Of a DNA stretch of 64,000 nucleotides, positions 8,036 to 15,458 are shown in pieces. The stretch spans positions 5,418 to 69,417 of the forward strand of contig JAIWAR010000002.1 of assembly GCA_048634245.1 (NCBI GenBank). Reading direction: 5' to 3'. Position numbers and translations under genes: made by a program. The notes beneath the pieces are model-generated. The model was not told where the DNA came from, did not search any database, and saw nothing but the letters and a program-made list of their open reading frames with translations. How positions within the stretch are numbered: position 1 is the stretch's first letter; the number at the start of each line of letters is the position of its first letter. The stretch is from Methanosarcinales archaeon. Lineage in GTDB: Bacteria > Omnitrophota > Gorgyraeia > Duberdicusellales > 4484-171.

Positions 8036-8062
8036 AGAATATCTCCTGACGTTTGGGTGTCA

Positions 8063-8138
8063 CATCCGAGCCGCTTCGGGTTAAAAGTTACGCAGCGGAG
8101 CGGAGTAAGATTTAACCCGATATATAGGCGGCCGGATG
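8063..8138. repeat. Long imperfect hairpin downstream of the GIY-YIG gene
   Basis: CATCCG/CGGATG, CCGC/GCGG and TCGGGTTAAA/TTTAACCCGA stems, GCGGAGCGGAG loop. Confidence 0.75.
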
Positions 8139-8162
8139 AAATCAGTTTGCTTCTATTATCTC

Positions 8163-8465
8163 TCATACTTTTCTTGCCAACACCTTATCTAATCTCATGC
8201 CGCCAACTAACAATTCTTTCTGCCCGCGATTCAACTGCTTAATCTTATATTCCGCCCTCATCGCATAGCACAAATGACAATACTCCTTTGTCCAAGCCAC
8301 CTTAACCGGCCTTTTGTATCGTGTATATTTAGCTCCCCGCTCACTTTCATTATGTTCTTTGATACGTTTTTCCAAATCATTAGTATATCCGGTATAGTAT
8401 GTTCTGTCAGAACACTCAAGAATATACACAAAAAATCTACCAGAATGCTTAAAATTAGACTTCAC
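8163..8465 (-). CDS. Small GIY-YIG nuclease (UPF0213/YhbQ-like)
   Basis: 'FVYILECSDRTYYTGYTNDLEKRIKEHN...GAKYTR..RPV...AMRAEYKIK'. Confidence 0.9.
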   Translation of the reverse strand: MKSNFKHSGRFFVYILECSDRTYYTGYTNDLEKRIKEHNESERGAKYTRYKRPVKVAWTKEYCHLCYAMRAEYKIKQLNRGQKELLVGGMRLDKVLARKV

Positions 8466-8468
8466 GTT

Positions 8469-8563
8469 TAAATATTATAACAGGAAGGTGAAACTTAGAA
8501 AGAAATTTAGTCAACAGGAATATTTAAGACAATTTTCAACAATTAAGTGTGTGTCCCCGGAAC
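8469..8563. repeat. 95-bp direct repeat copy 2 (promoter module ending in boundary motif D)
   Basis: 87/95 identical to 7415-7509; minus-strand TGtTATAAT at 8474-8482. Confidence 0.9.
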
Positions 8564-8566
8564 TCC

Positions 8567-8621
8567 AAGTGAGCTGTCCCCGGAATTCTCCCGGAATTCC
8601 CCGGAATTCACACCCGAATTC
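8567..8621 (+). repeat. Boundary motif copy E plus tandem CCCGGAATTC echoes
   Basis: AAGTGAGCTGTCCCCGGAATTC-TCCCGGAATTC-CCCGGAATTC-ACACCCGAATTC. Confidence 0.85.
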
Positions 8622-8910
8622 ATATTATGTCACCAGTTTTAATGCGTACAGCAGCAAACCAGAAAGTCCGGTCATTCTTTAATAGGCTTTTTATGAGATT
8701 GTTATAATCAGCTCCGTTTATCTTAACTCTCTCTTCTTTCCAAAGCTCAATAAGTATATTTCTGATTTCAATTATAGAAGGCATTGATATTGCTAAAGCA
8801 ATGCATATTATAGGCACACCTTGAAAAAATTTTAATATTTCTTTGTAAGAGCTGTCTGATTCCATCTTATTTAAAAAAGATAATATTTCGTTATTTTTTG
8901 TTTCACACAT
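8620..8910 (-). CDS. Hypothetical protein (96 aa)
   Basis: ATG with strong SD AGGAGGAGG; fills the space between two boundary motifs. Confidence 0.6.
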   Translation of the reverse strand: MCETKNNEILSFLNKMESDSSYKEILKFFQGVPIICIALAISMPSIIEIRNILIELWKEERVKINGADYNNLIKSLLKNDRTFWFAAVRIKTGDII

Positions 8911-8942
8911 TACCCCTCCTCCTAATTACAATCACTAAATTT

Positions 8943-8967
8943 AATTTTAGTGTGCCCCCGGAATTAC
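8943..8967 (+). repeat. Boundary motif copy F
   Basis: AATTTTAGTGTGCCCCCGGAATTAC, 2 nt from the stop codon at 8970. Confidence 0.7.
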
Positions 8968-8969
8968 TC

Positions 8970-9932
8970 TTATTTCAATTTATCTGTTATCTGATAGATT
9001 ATTCCAGAGGCAATCTCAAGCTTAGGAAACCCTAATTTGCGCGCGGAAACTGTAATTTCTGTGGTTGTATTATTAAGTTTCTTAAGCTTAAAGGTTACAT
9101 TTACACCATTAACTACAGCACTTATGATGCCATCGGATTTATTCTCCCTTTTAACTACTCCCACCTGTTTAAGCACCTGTAATCCTGTGTCATAGGCCTT
9201 ATCCATTGTTACGTTAAAAGAAGCTTGGGCGTGGTCTTTTCCGGCAAAAAACAATACAGCAGCAACCGGTAAAGCCGCTATACCAGTTAACATTGAAGCA
9301 CCGTACACCTTAAGACCCTTGATCCCCGCTACCTTTAATGGTTCAGAAATAATCAAGGCAGCAAGCTGCCCAACGCTGGTAATATTCTTGTAACTCTTCT
9401 TGAGATTTACATCATACACCTTGATAACCGCCGGGCCCTCAACGCTATAATCCTTACTCACTATTCTGCCTATAGCTAAATTCGCAAGGTCAATTTGTAT
9501 CGCCATCTTTTTCGCGGGTTTTTTTACTCTTTTCTTTGGAGCTTTTGCCTTTTGCTCCTCAATTATCTTAAGAGAATCTACATTAAGTTTTCCTTCTTTA
9601 TTCTTAATCATACACACTTCTTTAAGCTCGAAGTCTATCTGCTTAAGATGAATCTTGCCTCTTATAAGTGCTCCTAAGTTATAGGCAACATATATCTTTG
9701 GAATATCGACAAGAATATCCTTTGGAAACCCCTTAGGATTATACATCCTGAAATTGGATATTTTGATCGATTGTCTTATTACGCTTAAGGACAGTCCGCC
9801 TACGTGAGTAGGGGCGCCTGTAACACTACCTGCGACAGTGCCGATGAGTGACTTGATAAGAAAATCCCTGACCAAACAAACTCCAAAAATAAGGACGATT
9901 ACCAGAATTATAATCTTGATTTTCTTCTGCAT
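8970..9932 (-). CDS. Membrane-anchored AsmA-like protein with possible DUF3568-like C-terminal domain
   Basis: N-terminal TM helix, 'NPKGF' AsmA-like beta region; start ATG 9932 with SD AAGGAGGT. Confidence 0.55.
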   Translation of the reverse strand: MQKKIKIIILVIVLIFGVCLVRDFLIKSLIGTVAGSVTGAPTHVGGLSLSVIRQSIKISNFRMYNPKGFPKDILVDIPKIYVAYNLGALIRGKIHLKQIDFELKEVCMIKNKEGKLNVDSLKIIEEQKAKAPKKRVKKPAKKMAIQIDLANLAIGRIVSKDYSVEGPAVIKVYDVNLKKSYKNITSVGQLAALIISEPLKVAGIKGLKVYGASMLTGIAALPVAAVLFFAGKDHAQASFNVTMDKAYDTGLQVLKQVGVVKRENKSDGIISAVVNGVNVTFKLKKLNNTTTEITVSARKLGFPKLEIASGIIYQITDKLK

Positions 9933-9996
9933 TAGTACCTCCTTCAAGCACACCAATATGGCGGCTTAATTTTCCTTAAATCTATGTGAATAGTTA

Positions 9997-10025
9997 TGGT
10001 AGCTGCCCCCGGAACTCCAGAACTC
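9997..10025 (+). repeat. Boundary motif copy G with GAACTC echo
   Basis: TGGTAGCTGCCCCCGGAACTCCAGAACTC. Confidence 0.7.
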
Positions 10026-10029
10026 TTTA

Positions 10030-10057
10030 AATGTCTAATGTCAAGGTTTGACCCGTT
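10030..10057 (+). repeat. Second end-motif family, copy 1 (AATRTCYAATGTC-N6-TGACCC)
   Basis: AATGTCTAATGTCAAGGTTTGACCCGTT; similar copy at 30037-30065. Confidence 0.6.
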
Positions 10058-10061
10058 ATTA

Positions 10062-10643
10062 TTAGAAATAATATTTTATTCCTCCGCTGTATTGCCAGCT
10101 ATATACATCGAGGTTGGTCTTTTCCCCCGGATCAGTATAAAAATGAACTGCTTCAAGATTTACCGCCCAATTCTTTGTTAAAAAATATTCAGCCCCCACA
10201 CCCGCTTTATAGGCAAAAGCAACGACTTTATCCTTTTTCTCTGTAGAATGTAAATCGTCATAACTGAAAAATGCTAACCCCATACCAACCACAACATAGG
10301 GAACAATCTTATCAGACGTAGCTCGTAACTCTAGATTTGTGAAAAGCGTATAAATCCTTGTTTTTGAATCCCATTTCGATTTTAATCTAAAACTTCCAGC
10401 TTCTAACTCCCCAACTAAATTATTGTTAATGCCATAACTAAGGTTTATTCTGCTTAAGCCATTAAAGGTATCCTTATATTCCGCATCCTCGGGGAGAATA
10501 TAGCTTGCATCTAAGCCCAATGCCCATCTATTTTCTATCTTCTGGCAAAAACCAGGCCTACAAAAAACAGTAAATATAATTAGAGCCGTTAAAACAATTA
10601 CTCGCCTCATAAATACACCCCCTTCGTTAGAGAAAAACTTCAT
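10062..10643 (-). CDS. Outer-membrane beta-barrel protein (OmpW/OmpA-barrel type)
   Basis: Signal peptide (alternative start 10610), 'PYVVVGMG', 'AGVGAEYF', C-terminal 'GIKYYF'. Confidence 0.8.
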   Translation of the reverse strand: MKFFSNEGGVFMRRVIVLTALIIFTVFCRPGFCQKIENRWALGLDASYILPEDAEYKDTFNGLSRINLSYGINNNLVGELEAGSFRLKSKWDSKTRIYTLFTNLELRATSDKIVPYVVVGMGLAFFSYDDLHSTEKKDKVVAFAYKAGVGAEYFLTKNWAVNLEAVHFYTDPGEKTNLDVYSWQYSGGIKYYF

Positions 10644-10655
10644 TGCTCCCTCTAT

Positions 10656-11423
10656 TTATTGCTTTTTCACCCCTTCCCTGATCATCGGCACAAATCTAAC
10701 CGGAATAATGCTGGTAGTTTTTATCCGGCCATTTAGTTTTTCTAATAATTTCAGCTCCTGCCAATGAACCCCTACCGGAATAACCATTCTTCCGCCTTCA
10801 GCTAACTGTCCAACCAATACTTGCGGAATTTCGGGCGGGGCACAGGTGACGATGATAGCATCAAAAGGCGCATATTCTGCCCAGCCAAGATACCCATCAC
10901 CGCTTTTGACAGTAATATTTTCATATCCTAAATCCTCTAAGGTTTTTTCTGCCTGTCTGGCTAAAAGCTCCAATATCTCAATAGTATAAACTTCTTTAGC
11001 CAATTCAGCTAAAATGGCGGCCTGATAGCCTGAACCGGTTCCAATCTCTAAAACTCTATCATCACTATCCAGATTTAATAATTCGGTCATCAAGGCAACA
11101 ATATAAGGTTGAGAAATCGTCTGCTCTTCTCCGATAGGCAAAGGACAATCGCTATAAGCCAATTTCTGAATACGAGCCGGGACAAAAAGATGTCTTTTTA
11201 CCTTAAACATCGCCTTTAACAATCGTTCATCCCTAATACCTCGCGCCTTTATCTGCGTTTCTATCATATCTCTTCTTGCTTGAACAAACCCTATTTCCTC
11301 CTCAGAAAATTTATGTTCGGCGCCGGCTGAATCAACGCCACCAACCATACAAAACAAACTAATTACCAGAACCAAGATTCCCTTTCCCTGATTAAAAATA
11401 CTTCTGCGTAAACTAAGCATCAT
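10656..11423 (-). CDS. pcm: Protein-L-isoaspartate O-methyltransferase
   Basis: 'QTISQPYIVA', 'VLEIGTGSGYQAA', 'APFDAIIVT', 'VRFVPM'. Confidence 0.92.
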   Translation of the reverse strand: MMLSLRRSIFNQGKGILVLVISLFCMVGGVDSAGAEHKFSEEEIGFVQARRDMIETQIKARGIRDERLLKAMFKVKRHLFVPARIQKLAYSDCPLPIGEEQTISQPYIVALMTELLNLDSDDRVLEIGTGSGYQAAILAELAKEVYTIEILELLARQAEKTLEDLGYENITVKSGDGYLGWAEYAPFDAIIVTCAPPEIPQVLVGQLAEGGRMVIPVGVHWQELKLLEKLNGRIKTTSIIPVRFVPMIREGVKKQ

Positions 11424-11460
11424 GAATAGTGATATCTTTTAAAAACTCTGTTCATAAAGT

Positions 11461-11949
11461 TTAATTATGTCTACCCAGGGATTCTTTTAACATAACGAGA
11501 TCAGCCAGATGCTTCTTCTCCTCATCAATAACTTTCTCTATTATTGATTGCTTTGCTGTTAATACGTATTTTCTTAAAGCAGAGTAAGTAAGAATTGACT
11601 CTTTCTCTATATATATCCCAAAGTCAACAGCCTCCAAATCAGAGCTAAATCCTTCTTTAGTCTTCTTCTCTATTAACTCCTGAGTAAAAATATATTCAGA
11701 GGCAATCGCCCTCAAATATGCCGCGTATTCACCGGGACTAAACTCATAAACAATATAATCTTTCACGTTATCAAGCATTGTCTGAAAAGTCTGACCATGA
11801 ACTTCCTCCTGCTCCTTCATATATTTCCAGGTTGCCTTTAGTGACTCGCTTTTCGCTTTACTCTCTAAGGTTTCATATAGATTTTTACCGTTCTTCTCAA
11901 CATTAACAGCAATTCTTAATATTTCCTGAGGACTAAAAATATTTTCCAT
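11461..11949 (-). CDS. Rubrerythrin/ferritin-like di-iron protein
   Basis: E..G..Y and EExH motifs ('EQEEVH', 'DEEKKH'). Confidence 0.8.
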   Translation of the reverse strand: MENIFSPQEILRIAVNVEKNGKNLYETLESKAKSESLKATWKYMKEQEEVHGQTFQTMLDNVKDYIVYEFSPGEYAAYLRAIASEYIFTQELIEKKTKEGFSSDLEAVDFGIYIEKESILTYSALRKYVLTAKQSIIEKVIDEEKKHLADLVMLKESLGRHN

Positions 11950-11969
11950 TATGCACCCCCATATTTTAA

Positions 11970-12404
11970 TTACAGATTCATTTCCTTAATCCAAGCGCCA
12001 TGAAGATTACAAAACTCAACAACCGAAAGCTTGCCGCTATGAGTTTTAAAGTGAAGGCTGGCGGCCGGATTAAGTTTTTCAGGAGTCAATATTACCCTTG
12101 AGATAAATTCATTATCTATATAAAAATCAATGTGAGTAATATAGTGCTCCGGCTTCATTGGGTGCTCAATCTCGCCAATCTTCACATGCACGTCCTGACA
12201 ACCTTCCAGAATTAGCCCGCATTTCTTTGCCGCTGTGATAACCGGAGTATGCTTTTCGCTCAAACTTACTTCATCCTTAGATGTTTTTATAGCATCCTGC
12301 TTCTCTTGAAAGGATATTTTTGGCGCGCCGCATACAGGACATTTTTCCGGAGCACTGCCATTTATCGATATAAACCCGCAGACTTTACAAACATACCCCT
12401 TCAT
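11970..12404 (-). CDS. Rubredoxin-like domain fused to superoxide reductase (desulfoferrodoxin-type)
   Basis: CxxC...CxxC N-terminus; 'EKHTP', 'HPM', 'HYI', 'CNLHG'. Confidence 0.85.
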   Translation of the reverse strand: MKGYVCKVCGFISINGSAPEKCPVCGAPKISFQEKQDAIKTSKDEVSLSEKHTPVITAAKKCGLILEGCQDVHVKIGEIEHPMKPEHYITHIDFYIDNEFISRVILTPEKLNPAASLHFKTHSGKLSVVEFCNLHGAWIKEMNL

Positions 12405-12511
12405 TATCTACCCCCTTTTGTTGCGCGCGAAAAAAACGATGTTTATGAATTTACAGTATTCATCTGCGCTAAAAAGTTACCTAATTACTGAGCACATATA
12501 TCTGTCCCCTT

Positions 12512-13909
12512 TTATCTTTGCTTAATAGGAAGATATTGTTTATCAAAAGGCCCGGTATACATTGCCCTGGGGCGAAAAATGCGGTTATTCTCAAGATATT
12601 CCATCACCCGCGCAGTCCATCCTGCTACCCGGCTCACTGTAAACATAGGGGTAAAAAACTCAGTGGGGATACCAAGAGCATGGTAGGCAATACCTGAATA
12701 AAAATCAACATTAGGAAATATTTTCTTCTTTACGCCCAAGGTTGAGATAACCACCTCCTCCAAGCTCCGGGCAACCCTAAACAACGACAAAGATTCTTTA
12801 TTGTTTTCAACAAGATATTCAGCTAAAGGCGATAAAATGCGGGCCCGCGGATCATAGGCCTTATATACCCTATGCCCAAAACCCATAATTTTATCCTTCT
12901 TTTTTCGGGAGTTTTCATACCAGGATTTCACGTTTTTAATACTGCCTATTTCTTTTAGCATATGAATAACCCGTTCGTTAGCTCCGCCGTGAAGAGGCCC
13001 ATTAAGAGCGGCAATGCCTGAGCCCACAGAAAAATAAATATCGGATAAAGTAGAAGCAACCACCATTGCCGCAAAAGTACTTGCATTCATGCCATGGTCC
13101 GCATGCAAAATAAGCATTATATCCATAATGCGTTCTTCTTCCGGAGAAGGTTTTTTACCTGTTATCATATAAAGTAAATTAGCCGCATGGCCTAAAGCCG
13201 GATCAGGCTCAACAGGAGAATGCCCTTGATGGATTCGGGCAATAATTGCCGCGATTGAGGCGACACCGGCTATTAAGTGGTAGCAGGACATGTAACCCGC
13301 TGCTGTTCCTAAGCCTGCGGGTGATTTTGAACTTTTAATACCCCTCTTCCCCTTAAATTCATAAATAGCGCGCTCTTCTCCCCGGGGCGGTGTTTCCATA
13401 GGAATGGAATCTTCATCGGTACCGATTATATTTGCTTCGCTAAACCTGCTGTCATCTTTATCTGCATGGGTGAATTCCTGACGCATAAGATTTACGCCAA
13501 GCCTTAATGCTGCCATAGGGCTCATCTTTTCAACAGAAAAATTCTGCAGCAGCCCTAAGGTGCCGGAAACATCGCGACATTTTATAAGTTTACGATTAAA
13601 TGCCTTCAGCTGTGATGCCGTAGGAAGATTACCATGCAAAAGCAAATAACTAACTTCTTCATATGTAGAATTTGCGCATAAATCGAATATATCGTATCCG
13701 CGATAGATAAGCCATCCCTTAGCTCCATTCACATAGCCGATTTTACTCTCGCAGGCAATCGCACCTTCAAGCCCCGGGCCTACAATACATTCTACGGGCC
13801 AGTTAATAGGTTTGGTAAGAGCCGGCTCGGGTTCGGTGTTAGTTTCTCTCCGGGCTTTTTTTGCGGCATTAAGCACCAATTTTGTAATTTTTTTTGTATT
13901 TTCATTCAT
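12512..13909 (-). CDS. gltA: Citrate synthase
   Basis: 'HADHGMNAST', 'GPLHGGAN', 'GFGHRVYKAYDPR', 'PNVDF'. Confidence 0.92.
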   Translation of the reverse strand: MNENTKKITKLVLNAAKKARRETNTEPEPALTKPINWPVECIVGPGLEGAIACESKIGYVNGAKGWLIYRGYDIFDLCANSTYEEVSYLLLHGNLPTASQLKAFNRKLIKCRDVSGTLGLLQNFSVEKMSPMAALRLGVNLMRQEFTHADKDDSRFSEANIIGTDEDSIPMETPPRGEERAIYEFKGKRGIKSSKSPAGLGTAAGYMSCYHLIAGVASIAAIIARIHQGHSPVEPDPALGHAANLLYMITGKKPSPEEERIMDIMLILHADHGMNASTFAAMVVASTLSDIYFSVGSGIAALNGPLHGGANERVIHMLKEIGSIKNVKSWYENSRKKKDKIMGFGHRVYKAYDPRARILSPLAEYLVENNKESLSLFRVARSLEEVVISTLGVKKKIFPNVDFYSGIAYHALGIPTEFFTPMFTVSRVAGWTARVMEYLENNRIFRPRAMYTGPFDKQYLPIKQR

Positions 13910-13920
13910 ATATTTCCCTC

Positions 13921-14847
13921 TTATAGATGTAGCTTATTAATATTTTTTCTCACTGCCTCACTGGATTTCTTGAGGGCTTCTTTTTCTTGAGCAGTTATTT
14001 CGATTTCAATAATCTCCTCAACACCTTTGCTGGAAAGCCTTACCGGCACCCCGCAGTAAACATCCTTGATTCCATACTCTCCGTTTAAATAAGCACTGCA
14101 GGGCAAAACTTTTTTCTCATCAAGAAGAATGCTTTTTGCCATCTCAACCGCTGCGGCAGAAGGCGCGTAATAAGCAGAACCTTTCTTAAGCAAATTAACG
14201 ATTTCTACTCCGCCGCTTCTGGTTCTGTTATTAATTTGCTCTATTTTTTCCTTTAAGAGAAGCCCTTCAATAGGCTTTTCCTTAAACCTGGAGTAACGAA
14301 GTAGTGGAATCATTAAATCACCGTGCCCCCCAAGGATAACAGCTTCTATCTCATGAGGAAAAACTCCTAAAGCCTCCGCGACAAAATATCTGTAACGAGC
14401 TGAATCAAGTATACCGGCCATACCTATTACCCGGGCAGCCAAAAATCCCGAAACCTTATAAGACAGATAAGCCATGACATCAAGCGGATTTGTAACAATA
14501 ATCAATATTGCATTCGGGCTAAGAGCAGAAGTTTTCTCGACAATTTGCCGCACAATTTCAGCATTAGCTTTCAGGAGATCATCCCGGCTCATTCCGGGCT
14601 TTCGGGGTAATCCGGCAGTAATAATAACAATATCGCTTTCTTTTGTATCACAATAATCATTTGTCCCGATTATCTTTGCTTTAAAGCCCTCTATGGGAGC
14701 CGATTCCATCAAATCCAATGCTATACCCTGAGGAAGCCCCTCTACTATATCTACAAGCACAACATCAGCAAGATCCTTTTCGACAATCCGCCGGGCAGTA
14801 GTTGACCCAACAAATCCTGCACCTACAACTGTAACTTTCTTATCCAT
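13921..14847 (-). CDS. mdh: Malate dehydrogenase (LDH-like)
   Basis: 'VGAGFVG', 'PRKPGMSRDDL', 'GGHGD', 'GSAYYAP'. Confidence 0.95.
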   Translation of the reverse strand: MDKKVTVVGAGFVGSTTARRIVEKDLADVVLVDIVEGLPQGIALDLMESAPIEGFKAKIIGTNDYCDTKESDIVIITAGLPRKPGMSRDDLLKANAEIVRQIVEKTSALSPNAILIIVTNPLDVMAYLSYKVSGFLAARVIGMAGILDSARYRYFVAEALGVFPHEIEAVILGGHGDLMIPLLRYSRFKEKPIEGLLLKEKIEQINNRTRSGGVEIVNLLKKGSAYYAPSAAAVEMAKSILLDEKKVLPCSAYLNGEYGIKDVYCGVPVRLSSKGVEEIIEIEITAQEKEALKKSSEAVRKNINKLHL

Positions 14848-14898
14848 AAATTCTGCTATTTAGAAAACCTCAATTATTACCGGGGCATTATAACACAG

Positions 14899-15405
14899 CT
14901 AAATCTGATTGGTATTTTTAATTTGTGCGCCTCGTAGGTGGGCAAATTTTAGGTGAGTTGGAGTCAAATCAACTATATCTTCCACCACCATTCTAATAAG
15001 ATACTGCGGCTGAGGAAAGAGCGCTTCGGGATGGTAGGAACTCTTTTTTTCTTTTTTTATATCATCAATCACCCTCTTAGATACTCTTTGAATAACCTTA
15101 TTTTCCCAGTTCAGACTGATATCGTTCTTTATTTTTTTTCTGTCGACAATCTCTGCTTTACCCTTTAGAGTATATCCGGTAAACTTACTCTCATCAATTG
15201 CCGTAATACTTACAACAGGATTTCTCTTGAGATTATCAAAGGTTTTTCCCTGGTAAAGGTCTATTAGATATATCTCTCCCTTTTTCTTTATCCCCGCGAT
15301 GCCCTTTGCGGAACAATGAATCTTCCCATCCGCATCCAACGTAGATACGATAACAAACCCCTGCCCATGGAATAAATGAATTATTTTCAAAGTCAATTTC
15401 TTCAT
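14899..15405 (-). CDS. Pyridoxamine 5'-phosphate oxidase-like FMN-binding protein
   Basis: 'VSTLDADGKIHCSAKG', 'TFDNLKRNP', 'GYTLKGKA'. Confidence 0.75.
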   Translation of the reverse strand: MKKLTLKIIHLFHGQGFVIVSTLDADGKIHCSAKGIAGIKKKGEIYLIDLYQGKTFDNLKRNPVVSITAIDESKFTGYTLKGKAEIVDRKKIKNDISLNWENKVIQRVSKRVIDDIKKEKKSSYHPEALFPQPQYLIRMVVEDIVDLTPTHLKFAHLRGAQIKNTNQI

Positions 15406-15458
15406 ATTAATTTATCCTCCTTCAATTGGCCTAAAACCCGCAAATAGATAGATACCTT

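Noticed and set aside
7995-8140. Canonical integron attC
   Set aside because: A GTTRRRY precedes trmO, but I find no properly paired RYYYAAC box, no second attC and no intI.
7961-8242. 93-aa + strand ORF
   Set aside because: Antisense to trmO and GIY-YIG, runs through a hairpin repeat, no recognisable motif.
8541-8621. CRISPR array
   Set aside because: Units are ~10 bp and abut each other with no 25-45 bp unique spacers; no cas genes.
8488-8682. 64-aa + strand ORF
   Set aside because: It is a translation of the repeat module and the tandem scars (PRNSPGIPRNS).
12445-12463. ATGAAT-N7-ATTCAT operator upstream of the SOR gene
   Set aside because: 6-bp AT-rich arms are expected by chance; no second copy seen.
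14870-14898. Further boundary-motif copy (minus-strand TGCCCCGGTAAT)
   Set aside because: Weak match, better explained as the mdh promoter region (TGtTATAAT).
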